The notes beneath the pieces are model-generated. The model was not told the DNA's origin, ran no database searches, and saw only the letters and a program-made list of their open reading frames with translations. The position numbers and the translations under genes are program-made. A DNA stretch of 64,000 nt from Octopus vulgaris (Eukaryota): positions 3,348,001 through 3,412,000 of the forward strand of contig OX597818.1 of assembly GCA_951406725.2 (NCBI GenBank), written 5' to 3'. Numbering within the stretch: position 1 is the stretch's first letter; each line of letters begins with the position of its first letter. Shown piece after piece: positions 1-11,722 of this stretch.

Positions 1-2103
1 ACACACTGGATCTCTGCTTCACAAATGACATGGATCTCATCCATAATGTGAAAGTGACACCGACACTACTCTCGAATCACAACATGATAGAGCTGACCAT
101 GTACGGGCCAAAAGAGAGCACGGACATGCAGCCTACAAGAAACCCTCAAAATCTTTCCAGCTTGAACTACCATAAGGCAAACTGGAAACAAATTGAGAAA
201 GAGATCCTCAAACAAAACTGGCCTAAATGTCTCTCCTCGCCAGACATCGACGTGAAACTTCAACAATTCATGTCTGTAATGCAAGCCATATGCTACAAAT
301 GTGTCCCAGAGAGAAAGGCCACTGTACACAAGAACAAAATCCCCAGAGAGAGGAAAATTTTAATGAGACGGCGTACGAAATTTTCAAATCGCCTAAACAA
401 ACAGATTGAAAGCAGTGAAAAGTCCCGCCTAAAAATAAAACTGTTGGAAATCGAAAAATGTCTGCAACTCTCCCATGAAAAAGAAAGAGCAGACAAAGAA
501 GCCTGCAGACAAAGACCACTGCAGTTCCTCTTTCAGAGCTTCCTTGCAGCTGGCAAACTTCCAGGAAAACTGAAGGAAGGTAAAATATGCCCCATTCATA
601 AAGGAGGTAGCAGAGCGGAAGCCAAGAACTATAGACCTATCTCTCTGACCTCACACATCAGCAAGGTCATGGAACGAATAGTCAGAAGGAAGCTGATCAC
701 CTTCCTTGAAGAGAATGACTTACTGCCCGACACCCAACATGGTTTCCGACCAGGGAGAAGCTGTTTAACTCAGCTCCTACAACACTATGACTGGGTGCTG
801 AAACGGCTGCTCAACCACTCAAATGTGGAAGTGATATATCTCGACTTTGCAAAGGCCTTTGATAAAGTCGATCATGGAATGATATATCACAAACTGCGTG
901 ATCTCAACATAGTTGGAAAACTGGGAGAATGGCTTCATGACTTTCTGAAGGATAGAAGTCAGGTGGTAGTAGCCAATGGGGCCACCTCCATTAACACACA
1001 AATAGTGAGCGGTGTTCCGCAGGGCACTGTTCTGGGACCACTACTGTTCATAATGGCCCTCTCAGACATGCCCTCAGCCACGCAGAGAGCCACGATCACA
1101 AGTTATGCAGATGATACAAAAGTTTCACAGGCAATACAGAACCCTGAGGACACTAAACACCTGCAATGTGAGCTGGACGAAATATACAAGTGGGCTGAAA
1201 AGAATAGCATGCAGTTCAATGCTGGAAAGTTTCAAGCTTTATACTATCAGCATGCAAAACTGAATGCAATACCCAATGAATACACTGGACCCGGAGGGAT
1301 TGCAATCCCAGAGGCACAATCAGTGCGTGACCTGGGTATTCACATGAGTGATGACGCGACCTTTCATGTACATGTTGCTAAACTGACAATGAAATGTAGA
1401 CGGCTGGCTGGATGGATTCTTAGAACCTTTAGAACAAGAGAACAAGAAACCATGATGGTCCTCTGGAAGACACTTGTCCTAAGCCACTTTGACTATTGCT
1501 CTCAGCTATGGTCACCATCCAGTGTCAAGTTGATCACAGAACTTGAGGCGATCCAACGAAGCTACACAAAGAAGATAGCCTCTATGCAGAATGTAAGCTA
1601 CTGGGAAAGACTCAAGAGATTAAAATTATATTCCCTGGAGCGTAGGCGGGAAAGATATGCCATAATATACATCTGGAAGATCCTGGAGGGAAGTGTCCTG
1701 AACTTTGGCATCGAGAGTTACGCAAATGCCAGAACTGGGCGCCACTGCGTGGTGCCTAGGACTCCAAACCTGCCATCAAGATGTAGGACAAGATTCTGTG
1801 ATAGCCTGGGCTTCCGAGGCCCACAGCTCTTCAATATCCTCCCGAAGAACCTGAGAGACCTGCATGGGGTGGATACAGATGTCTTTAAAATGAAGCTGGA
1901 TCTCTTCCTGTCAGGTGTCCCAGATGAACCAACTTCACGGCAGGAGGGGCAGATGAGGGCAGCTGCATCGAACTCTCTCATGCACCAAATAGCAGTTGCT
2001 AGAAAGCCTCCATGAAGTGAAACCAAGTAGCAACACCAAATGGCGGTGCTCCAGCATGGCCACAGCTCATAAGCTGAAACTAGAATCAATCAATCAATCA
2101 ATC

Positions 2104-2104
<1 letters not shown>
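1..2104 (+). mobile_element. CR1-group LINE, copy A (5' part outside window); ORF2 30-2015 with RT and an in-frame internal deletion; (AATC)n tail followed by (TA)n
   Basis: RT motifs NYRPISL, QHGFRPGRS, YLDFAKAFDKVDH, GVPQGTVLGP, YADDTK; C-terminal LERRRERY; nearly identical to the reverse complement of 45302-47770. Confidence 0.95.
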
Positions 2105-2192
<88 letters not shown>

Positions 2193-2204
2193 TATATATG
2201 TATA

Positions 2205-2896
2205 GGTGCAGGAGTGGCTGTCTGGTAACTAGCTTGCTTCCCAACCACATGGTTCCGGGTTCAGGGCACCTTGGGCAAGTGTCTTCTACTATAGCCTCAG
2301 CTGACCAAAGCCTTGTGAGTGGATTTGGTAGATGGAAACTCAAAGAAGCCCGTCATGTGTGTGTGTATATATATATATATATTTGTTTTTGTTTGTTTTT
2401 GTTTTTCCAGTTTCAGCTCTTGAGCTGTGGCCATGCTGGGGCACCGCCATTGTGGTGAAAGAGTACAGCAGGGATCACCACCCCCTGCCGGAGCCTCGTA
2501 GAGCTTTTAGGTGTTTTCGCTCAATAAACACACACAACGCCCGGTCTGAGAATCGAAACCGCGATCCTGCGACCGCGAGTCCGCTGCCCTAACCACTAGG
2601 CCATTGCGCCTCTTATATATATATAAATAGATAGATAGATAGATAGATATACATATACATATATGTATGTGTGTGTATATGGTTGTGTCTGTGTGTCCTG
2701 CCAACATCATGTGACAACCGATGCTCGTGTGTTTACGTTTCCGTAACTTAGCGGTTTGGCAAAAGAGACTGATAGAATAAGTACTAGGCTTACAAAAAAT
2801 AAAATCTGGGGTCAATTTGCTCGACTAAAGGCAGTACTCCAGCATGGCCGCAGTCAAAATGACAGAAACAAGTAAAAGGATAAAAGAATAAAAGAA
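2205..2896 (+). mobile_element. tRNA-derived SINE (family 1) with internal microsatellite, split by a nested SINE
   Basis: Head ggtgcaggagtggctgtctggtaa...ggttccgggttcag (A/B-box-like); tail ccagcatggccgcagtcaaaatgacagaaacaagtaaaag; matches 56173-56630. Confidence 0.9.
2382..2611 (-). mobile_element. tRNA-derived SINE (family 2) nested in family-1 SINE
   Basis: Minus strand ggcgcaatggcctagtggttagggcagcggac...ggtttcgattc (tRNA A/B boxes); 3' end ggcggtgccccagcatggccacagctcaagagctgaaac matches the LINE 3' end. Confidence 0.85.
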
Positions 2897-2914
2897 TGTA
2901 TATATATATATATG

Positions 2915-5030
2915 TGCCACAGACCAAGTCTGTGACTGGTGCAAAGTCCCTTCCAGACCTAGAGTTACGTGGTGGTGGAATAGTATGGTAGACAAAGCCA
3001 TTAGGGCAAAGAAACAGGCCTGGAAAGCCTGGAAGGATGCGGGTAGCAAGGAACTGTACCAGGTAGCCAAAAGGGAGGCTGGGCGGCAGGTATACACAGT
3101 CAAGAGCGAAGTGGAAAAGAAGAAGTTTGCCAATGTCCAGCAACGTAAGGACCAAAGAGCTGAGGTTTTTCGGATCGCAAGACAGTGTGCGAGAGAAAAT
3201 TGTGATGTCACAGGAGAGAAATGTGTCCGAATGGAGGATAGTGCACTTGCTTTTAATGATTCTGAAAAGAAAGAGGCTTGGAGAAGCCATTATGAAAGAC
3301 TGCTGAATGTGGAGAATGAATGGGAGGAGGAGAGCCTGCCAAATGTTGACATAGAATGTTGACAGTAGAAGGACCAGCTATCCGTATAGACAGCTCCCTA
3401 GTAGATAAAGCAGTTAAGGGTATGAAGCCAGAAAAAGCCCCCAGCCCATCAGGAATCACTGCTGAGATGCTTAAAACATCTGGTGGTGTGGGCTATGGCC
3501 TAGTCTCCCGCATTGTAAACCAGGTAGTTCATGATGGAGTCATACCCAACGACTGGCGTAGCAGCACCATAGTCAACTGCTACAAGGGTAAAGGTAATGT
3601 TCTAGATAGAAATAACTACAGGGGTATCAAGCTGCTGGATCAGGTAATGAAGGTCACGGAGAGGGTCATAGCCCATCTCATCAGGGAGAGAGTCTGCTTA
3701 GATGAGATGCAGTTCGGTTTTGTGCCAAGTAGAAGCACCACTGATGCCATATTCCTGGTTCGACAACTGCAGAAGAAATACCTAGCTAAAGATAAACCCC
3801 TATACTTAGCTTTTGTGGACTTGGAGAAAGCCTTTGACAGGGTCTCCCAATCCCTTATCTGGTGGGTGATGCAGAAACTGGAGATTGAAGAATGGTTAAT
3901 AAGGACTGTACAGGCCCTTTACAGAGAGGCCGTTAGTAAGGTTAGGATTGGCAATGAGTACAGGGAAGAATTCAGGGTAGAAGTAGGCGTCCATCAAGGC
4001 TCAGCCCTCAGTCCCCTTTTATTCATCATAGTCCTCCAGGCAGTAACAGAGGAATTCAAGACGGGTTGCCCCTGGGAGCTCCTCTATGCTGATGACATGG
4101 CCCTCATAGCAGAATCACTACTGGAACTAGGGAAGAAATTTTGGGTGTGGAAACTAGGTTTGGAATCAAAAGATCTTAGAGTAAATGTAGCAAAGACCAA
4201 AGTTCTGGTAAAGGTGTAGGTAGAAACTCCATAAGATGTACCCAGTGTAAGCTATGGACACATAAGAGGTGCAGCAATATCAAAGGAAAATTAACCGAGA
4301 AGATAGCTTTCGTGTGCAGCAGATGCACAGGGGCAATAGACACCATTGATACTCAGAAAACAGATTCCATTGCCCTCCTGGGGGAGAAATTAAGAAGTAG
4401 TTGACAGTTTCCGCTACTTAGGTGACCAAGTTAGTAGTGGGGGTGGATGCTTAGAGAGTGTTACCACTAGAATATGAATAGCCTGGGCAAAGTTTAGAAA
4501 GCTTCTTCCCCTACTGGTGACAAAGGATCTCTCGCTCAGAATGAAAGGCAGATTGTATGATGCATGTGTGTGAGCTACCATGCTTCACGGTAGTGAAACA
4601 TGGGCTGTGAATGCAGAGGTCATGCATAGGCTTAAAAGAAATGAAGCTAGCATGATCCGCTAGATGTGTAATGTCAGTGTGCATGCACAACAGAGTGTAA
4701 ACGCCCTGGACATAAGAAGCATAGGATGTGGCGTGCAGGAGAGACGTATGCGTTGGTATGGTCATGTACTACAGATGGATGAGGAGAGATGTGTGAAGAA
4801 GTGCCACCTCCAAACTGTTGAAGGAATCCGGGGTAGAGGTAGACCCAGGAAAACATGGGATGAGGTGGTCAAGCATGACCTTCGTACGTTGGGCCTCATA
4901 GAGGCTATGATGAAAGACCAAGACCTCTGGAGATATACAGTAACTTCGAAGACGCAACAAATGAAGTGAGTTCATGGGCTGCAGGACGGCCTGCTGTGCT
5001 TGAGGAGACCTATTGTGTCAAGTACATACA
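2915..5030 (+). mobile_element. 5'-truncated, decayed RTE-clade LINE with PHD-like Cys/His insert after RT
   Basis: NYRGIKLL, QFGFVP, FVDLEKAFDRV, GVHQGSALSP, LLYADD; SIRCTQCKLWTHKRC...FVCSRC; RMRWYGHV, GRGRPRKTW; frameshifts and stops. Confidence 0.9.
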
Positions 5031-5190
5031 TACATGATAAATGTCTTATGGACATCTGATCCTACTTTTTAAGTTTCAAATTTAGTTAAAGGAAGAATCA
5101 ACTTTTTATTTCTTTAAAAAATATTGTTTAATTCTCTTTGATTATTTACAAAAAATATGTATTTATTTAACTATTATTGTTATTATTGTT

Positions 5191-5292
5191 GACCTGAGGA
5201 GTGACTATACTTTTAAATTGAATTGCTTTTGGATTAAATTTAAATTTTATTGTAATTCGAATTGAAGTTATAGCAACGAAACGTACGTAGTC
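5191..5292 (+). ncRNA. Type I hammerhead ribozyme motif in AT-rich pLTR-like segment
   Basis: gac-CTGAGGA-g..ctata[long loop]tatag..c-GAAAC-gtac-GT-A-gtc: stem I gac/gtc, palindromic loop III. Confidence 0.75.
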
Positions 5293-5434
5293 TTTTTACT
5301 TATTATATAATGTTTATTCATTTTTTTGTACTTTTTGTGATCTCGATATATGTCTTATAATATATTTTATTTTTTCAATATGATATGGTTTATGTCTATC
5401 ATTGTTTGAATTACATAATAGTGATTTTTCTCTA

Positions 5435-5475
<41 letters not shown>

Positions 5476-5989
5476 GAGAGAGATAGAGAGGGGGGAGATA
5501 GATAGATAGATTACACTATAGATAACACTTACGGATAAGCAATAGTTGGGCACATCTACAAAGAATATCTGAATTCCACTCAGGGATTTCTACATGGAAC
5601 TCTTACTACAGAAAACAAACGACTTCATTACACGAATGAGGTGGAGAGCTCTCTACTTTTACCTCAAATCCAATAACTCTTACTCTTCAAATGAAAAGGA
5701 CTCTTACAATCTAAAGTCTCACAAAAAGCCACCCCAAACCTTGCTCTGGATAACTTTGAAAGGGGCTTACTAGTCTGAGTTTGAATGTGTGTGCACGCGT
5801 GTGTATGTGTGTATCTGTGTGTGTGTGTAGTTGAAATATATAGAAAAACAAAAAACAGAGACAGGTAAATGAGCAACAAGCAACTGTATTAGTTTGACAC
5901 TCAGGAAAATGCAAAAAGTCTTTTACGTTTCAAGCCTACGTTCTTCAACAGAAAGAAATAAGAGAAGATAGACAGACAGACAGATAGAT

Positions 5990-7995
5990 TTTTTTTTAGC
6001 GACGTAGGGCCAAACACAGAGGGTACAGCACAATGTAGAATAACAGAAAAGTCATTAACAGTAAGCGTTAACAATAAGCATTCCCAAAAGTGGGGAGGAA
6101 ATGTAACATTGACTAAGTTTATCTGTTGAAAGAAAAACCTGTGAAAACGAACCACGGTAACCCCGGAAACGACAAGGAAAAAAACACTAACATGAGCAAG
6201 GCGCTCTTTCTCTCTTTGTTTTATTGGATCATGCTCAAAGTGGTTTCGTCATTTATTCATACCATCCTTGCCACATTCACCCACCTTTTATTGAATCTTT
6301 CATTGAATAAAACTTCCCTCTCTATTCTCACCTTCTTCTTCAAGTGGTACTTGAAGTTGATGAGAGGTTAGCCAGAGAGACAAGTGTTTATTACTAAACC
6401 TTTCAAACGAGTCCACCACACATAATAGCCACCAGTATAGTGAAAACTGCCTTGCTTCCCGATTAAAGGAAGATGGCGGGGCAATATTCACGATTGACTT
6501 GGCCGACAACCGAACTCGTGACAACAGCCGCTCGACATAAGCCCACAGGTCTGAAATATTTGGGCACTGCACGAGTGTGTGCAGAATGGCTTTGTCTCTC
6601 TGATCACATCTCGGGCAGGTCGGTCCGGTGTTTCTCGAACCATATCTGTAGAACTTATCCCAAACGGGCAATGCTTCCCGATAGCACTGCTAGGCCAGGG
6701 ATCTTGGAAATTGTCCATAGATCCCAGCCCAAAAGTGGTCCTGAAGAGGCAGGCCAGGATTCCCTCATCAATGCCCAAGGTCTCCTCATGAACAATGTTG
6801 CACCTCCCCTCCACTAATCCTTTATAGAACACCTTTGTGGAACTCAAGTCGCACAAGTTTGATCCCGGACGGCAGAGCTGCTTGAGAGCAAAGTGGCACA
6901 CGTGGTGTCATTCACCTAGCCTCGGTCTTTGTTTGATCGATGATTGCAGTTCAGTCAAAGAGACGAGCTGCGGGAAAGTGCGCCTCACAATCAACGACTA
7001 CACCTGTTCACTGCTGTCTATGAAACGCTGGAGATGTCGCAGTCTCAGGCATCATTAACCACGGTATGCCCAGCCCTTCATTTAGTGGATGTTGGCAGCA
7101 AATGGATCACCTGACCTTCAGAATGCTTCCCTTCCACAAAAAGCAGAAGAGTGTGCGCTCCAGTTTTGTGATGGTAGGGTCGGGACAAGGCACGATGGTC
7201 AGATGGTAGTAGATGACAGATGCGATGTACGCATTCACCGCCTCAGCCTGACCTTTTAGAGATAGCTTCCTTTTGACCCATTGCTGAGTGAGACTGGCCA
7301 CTCATTATCTCGTCCCAGCTTTTCTCCATTTGGAGGTGTGGACTGAACCAGACTCCGAGCAATTTAACCAGTCCATTGGTCCAGTGTCCCAGTTGCAGTA
7401 GAGTGTTGCCAAGGCTTCTCCAAACAAGTCTGGCATATGACAATAAAGCTTGTAGAGCAGACCATCCAAGCCCGGCGACTTGTCTCTTGCGCAGCCTACC
7501 ATCTCATTCCATTCATCTGCAGATGTGTTGGATCTTTCACAACACTGCCTCTCTTGCCGAGAGTCGTGGCAGGCCATGCAGGTAGGCACTAAAGTCAACC
7601 CTGCGTTCTACCCACCAATCGTCCCAAACAGTCGGGCAAAGTGCTACTGAAAAACCTCACACATCCTTTCAGGCTCAAGTAATTCATGCCCCTGCTCATC
7701 CATCAGAGACTGAATGGTGGCTTTGTTGCTATGTTGCGCCTTCACCACCCAGGCTTCTCGAGCGGCTACAGTTCCTTCGTTTCTCAGAGCACGCACCCTA
7801 GTTCTGACAACGCAACCTTCGTGTTTGGTGTTGAAGTGTTGGTCAAGGGCCAACCTCACCGCCAGCACATTGGACGCGATGCCAGTTATAAGTGCTTCTT
7901 CTAATTTCTTATCTAAGTCCCCCTCTATTCTATTGTGGTCTATTGCTAAAGGCTTGCTATACCTAATTGATTCGGCTTTGATTTCTTTAGGGCAA
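5990..7995 (-). mobile_element. Decayed, truncated Tx1/L1-clade LINE (ORF2 fragments)
   Basis: Broken frames with KSPGLDGL, LSLKGQAEAVN, PTCPRC; homologous to 14422-17801; T-run at 5990 (poly-A on minus). Confidence 0.85.
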
Positions 7996-8073
7996 ACCAG
8001 ATGATAGATAGATTGAAAGACAGACAGACAGACAGAAAGATTGATAGATAGATAGATAGAAAGACAGACAGAC

Positions 8074-8140
<67 letters not shown>

Positions 8141-8145
<5 letters not shown>

Positions 8146-8300
8146 CAAAACAGTTTGATTCAGAACCTTGGTACTCTGAGTTTGAAGCATGTGGCTAGTC
8201 TTCGGCCATTGGGGTCAGATTCAGATCTTAATGACCGAAGACTAATGACACGCTTTAAACTCAGAGTACCAAGGAGTCTGAATCAAACTGTTTTGATCTA
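8141..8300. repeat. ~160-bp near-perfect palindrome (MITE/foldback-like)
   Basis: tagatcaaaacagtttgattcaga... / ...tctgaatcaaactgttttgatcta; inner arms tagtcttcggccatt / aatgaccgaagacta. Confidence 0.8.
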
Positions 8301-8392
8301 TGCATGCAACTCCTAAGAAATGTGTTTGTCTACTCACTCCTCACTCGTATGTGTGTGTGCACGTGTCTGTGTATCTGTGTGTGTATATATGC

Positions 8393-8439
<47 letters not shown>

Positions 8440-8499
8440 CATACATACATGCATATATATATACATATATACACACACACACATACATACATACATACA

Positions 8500-8565
<66 letters not shown>

Positions 8566-8566
<1 letters not shown>

Positions 8567-8803
8567 TTTATTTAAAAGCAGCAGAAATCTAACAAAAGCT
8601 GTTACTCGGAGTTTCACGTTCCCGTTCGTCGGACAGTTTTGTTAAGAAAACAAAGAAAAAAACTGTCCGACGAACGGGAACGTGAAACTCCAAGTAACAG
8701 CTTTTGTTAAATTTCTGCTGCTTTTAAATAAAGCATACTACTCTACCTCTGGTATTTGAGTACTCTTTTTTCTATCTTGTTTCACATTTATGTGTTTACT
8801 CCG
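8566..8803. repeat. Small foldback element with inverted pair of variant hammerhead motifs (8599-8636 minus, 8663-8700 plus)
   Basis: ~70-bp arms; ctgt-CCGACGA-acg(ggaa)cgt-GAAAC-tcc(g/a)a-GT-A-acag on each arm. Confidence 0.7.
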
Positions 8804-8829
8804 CTATATGTATGTATGTATATATATAT

Positions 8830-9765
8830 AAAGATAAATTAAATATGGAGATATTCTATTGACAAATAATTTATTTATATTACAACATTACATTAAATTC
8901 TATGAATATAATATATAACATAGCATAATATTATATAAATAATTATAAAAACCATAAAAGGCCAACAAATTGTTTCGACTTATATATATATTTTTCTTCT
9001 GATATACATAATCACAATCTCTCTATATATAAACGGCAGTTTGTCTGTGCGTGTGTCTGTGTGTCTGTCAGGTTGTACCCTCACCCTGACCACGGCTTTC
9101 AACCGATTCTGATGAAACTTGACACACACATAGCCCAATGTCATAATTCAAAACTAACGCAGCGAAAATTTTGAAAAGTTCCCCCAGTTCTGAAAAAATC
9201 GATAAATTCGACATGGGGTCGAGAATCAGAAACACGAACCACAAACTGTCTAGGGGACGCAACTCCACCTTTTTTAAATCTCAAAAAAAATTTACCATCA
9301 TTTTTTTCCATTTTTTTGCTATTTTTTGGCTATAACTCTCTAAAAATGCTTTATAGTTATTTCCCTTACAAACCTGAGCAACGCCGGGCGATACTGCTAG
9401 TTCCTTTATATATATAGTCACTTCAGGGTATTTTGTTCAGAAAAGACAAAATTCCGTGTGGCTATAAATATAATGAAACTGTGATTATGGCTATGTATAT
9501 CAGAAAAAAAAATATATATAAGTCGAAACAATTTGTTGGCCTTTTATGGTTTTTATAATTATTTATATAATATTGTTATGTTATATATAATATTCATAGT
9601 ATTTAATGAAATATTGTAGTATAAAAAATTACTGGATCTCTATAATTAATTTATCTTTATAATTGAATTATACCAATAATTATATGGTATCCAGCTGAAG
9701 CACCATTGAACTGGATGTTTAACACACTCCTTTGAAGGATTTCTTTTCCTCAGTTTGTTACTTTA
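8830..9765. repeat. Penelope-type inverted-repeat unit (arms ~8830-9015 and ~9480-9660) with variant hammerhead split by a Helitron
   Basis: aaaaccataaaaggccaacaaattgtttcgactt vs aagtcgaaacaatttgttggccttttatggtttt; minus-strand cc-CTGAAGT-gact...agtc-GAAAC-aattt-GT-T-gg. Confidence 0.6.
9018..9400 (+). mobile_element. Non-autonomous Helitron
   Basis: A|TC 5' end, subterminal hairpin cctgagcaacgccggg, CTAG|T 3' end, no TSD; 5' part shared with 54212-55339. Confidence 0.8.
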
Positions 9766-9771
9766 TATGCG

Positions 9772-9817
<46 letters not shown>

Positions 9818-9862
9818 AAGAAATAAAAATCCAAAATTATGGAATAGAGTAGATAAAATCCA

Positions 9863-9930
9863 GGCTACATGTGTTTCATAGCTAGCAGAACCTCGGATCG
9901 AGGAGTAATCCGCTAGCTACTTGCCAGGCC
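9863..9930 (-). ncRNA. Degenerate type I hammerhead motif
   Basis: ggc-CTGGCAA-gtagctagcgga...tctgctagctat-GAAAC-acat-GT-A-gcc; long intact stem II, mutated core. Confidence 0.5.
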
Positions 9931-10039
9931 AAAGAAACCTTAATCAAATGAAATTCACATTGTCGTCAAGGGATCCCATGTCAACTTATAAGTGGATGTT
10001 TCACATGAGTTGTGGGAGCTTGGCCACAGAGAATGGCAT

Positions 10040-10447
10040 CTCATACCTGTGAAGATGGTGAAAGATTTATACGCATCTCTTCCAAGGTGCACTGAAGCTA
10101 AAGGAAGCTACACGAAATATTAACAATGTACAGTAACTTCTTGAAATGAACATTATGTAATAAATTTTCATTATAGACATTTTTCTGTTTTAAAACAGTG
10201 TATCTTGATTGGTTTATGTGAGGTGGCCGAAAACTTTTGCACGGCCATTTTTGGTGGTCGTCTCGCATCTTCCCCTCTCATTCAGAACCCCTACTACAAA
10301 ATATAATGATTAGGTATGGAAATGACTCCAACAGGGCCAATGTTTCATCTGTAAAAAACGCAATGCGCAACATCCATTTATAAGTTGGCAATTAGTAGAA
10401 ATTTACAATAGTTTAAAGTGACCGAAGACTTTTGCATGGTACTGTAT
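10040..10447 (+). mobile_element. Tc1-like 3' relics
   Basis: C-terminal ...AKGSYTKY-like peptide; TIR-like ends gtggccgaaaacttttgcacgg and gtgaccgaagacttttgcatggtactg|TA. Confidence 0.5.
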
Positions 10448-10924
10448 ATATAAGTAACAATTGAAGGACAGGTATCAATCCAATATGGCCGTTTCTAACG
10501 AAATTTTAATTGATAAATGAATACATTATATCATTATAAAAAACCGTTTTATTCAGATTAATACATGAATCTTGCAATCAAGGCATTTTAAATAATTTAA
10601 AACCCACGGCGACATACATATTCAATGATTCTGTCCTTCAATTGTTACTTTTTTATTTTTAATTCATCTATCTCAGAACATGACCCTGCATGTTTTGAAG
10701 TATATTATGGACTGTATATTTAATAAAGTGTATGTGTCTGAATAGCTTAAGAGCGGATTATATATTCAGTTGGGTTAAATTGACTGCATACATTACCCAA
10801 ATATCATTCTGCCAATATTTCTGTACCAAGGTTGGTATTCACATAAAAATTATTGTGTGTGACACAGGCTGTTGTTGTTCTTGACACAATCGTCACGATC
10901 TTTTGTGCCCTTCAACTACAGAAG

Positions 10925-11722
10925 TGTCAAGAACAACAACAGCCTGGATGGCAGACTCTTCAATCTTGCATGCCTCCATGCAAAGATGAGGACCTCTGCC
11001 ATCTCAGTCCGTGAGATGCAGTATACCGATGCCTTCCCGAGCTGGACCGCAGATGGCCTACAAAGGACAATCGATATTTACAACACGGCTAACGAACGCT
11101 TCAGGATGCAGGTAAATACATTAAAGACCAAGACTCTGATCCAACCTGCACCATGCCATAACAGTCCACCTATGAACATTAGTATTAACGGCCAGCCCCT
11201 AGAAGAAGTTGAACACTTATCATACCTTGGGATATTCTTTTGAAGATCCCTACGTGTGAAAAGGATGTGTAGAACTTGATTAGGACAGCCCACTCCGCCT
11301 TCGACAGACTCAGCCAACGTGTATTCTTCAATTATGTGCTGACGATCTGTACAAAGATCATGGTCTTCTTGTCAGCTCTTCTCTACTCTTGTGAGACTTG
11401 GACACTGAACTGCTGGGACTTCAAGCGCCTTGAATGCTTCCAGCAACCCAAGCTATGACAGATCCTCAATATTCGATGGGAAGATCACATTACTAACAAC
11501 GAGGTTCTTCGCCGTGCCTCACTACCAAGCATCGAAGCCACCATTCTTCGCCATCGTCTCCGCTGGGAAGGTCACGTCCAGCATTTGGAGCCCTCTCGTC
11601 TCCCAAGGATCACGCTCTACGGAAAACTTGCAATCGGAATAAGACCTAGAGGAGGTCCGAAATTCTGCTTTAAAGACCAACTCAAATGGACCCTGGCTCA
11701 AACTAACATCCAGCCATCCTCA
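10925..11722 (+). mobile_element. Decayed RTE LINE fragment (RT C-terminal half)
   Basis: LDGRLFNL, EEVEHLSYLG, LLYSCETW, RLPRITLYGKL..GIRPRGGPK. Confidence 0.8.

Noticed and set aside
2530-2611. tRNA gene
   Set aside because: tRNA-like head continues into a SINE body and LINE-derived tail; no proper acceptor stem or terminator
9108-9122. CTGATGA-AAC in Helitron (also 54294)
   Set aside because: No stem II or stem I; part of the common Helitron gaaacttg motif
10480-10560. Hammerhead relic between short inverted repeats (similar relics near 13205, 30200, 30350)
   Set aside because: Multiple core mismatches; not counted among the motifs
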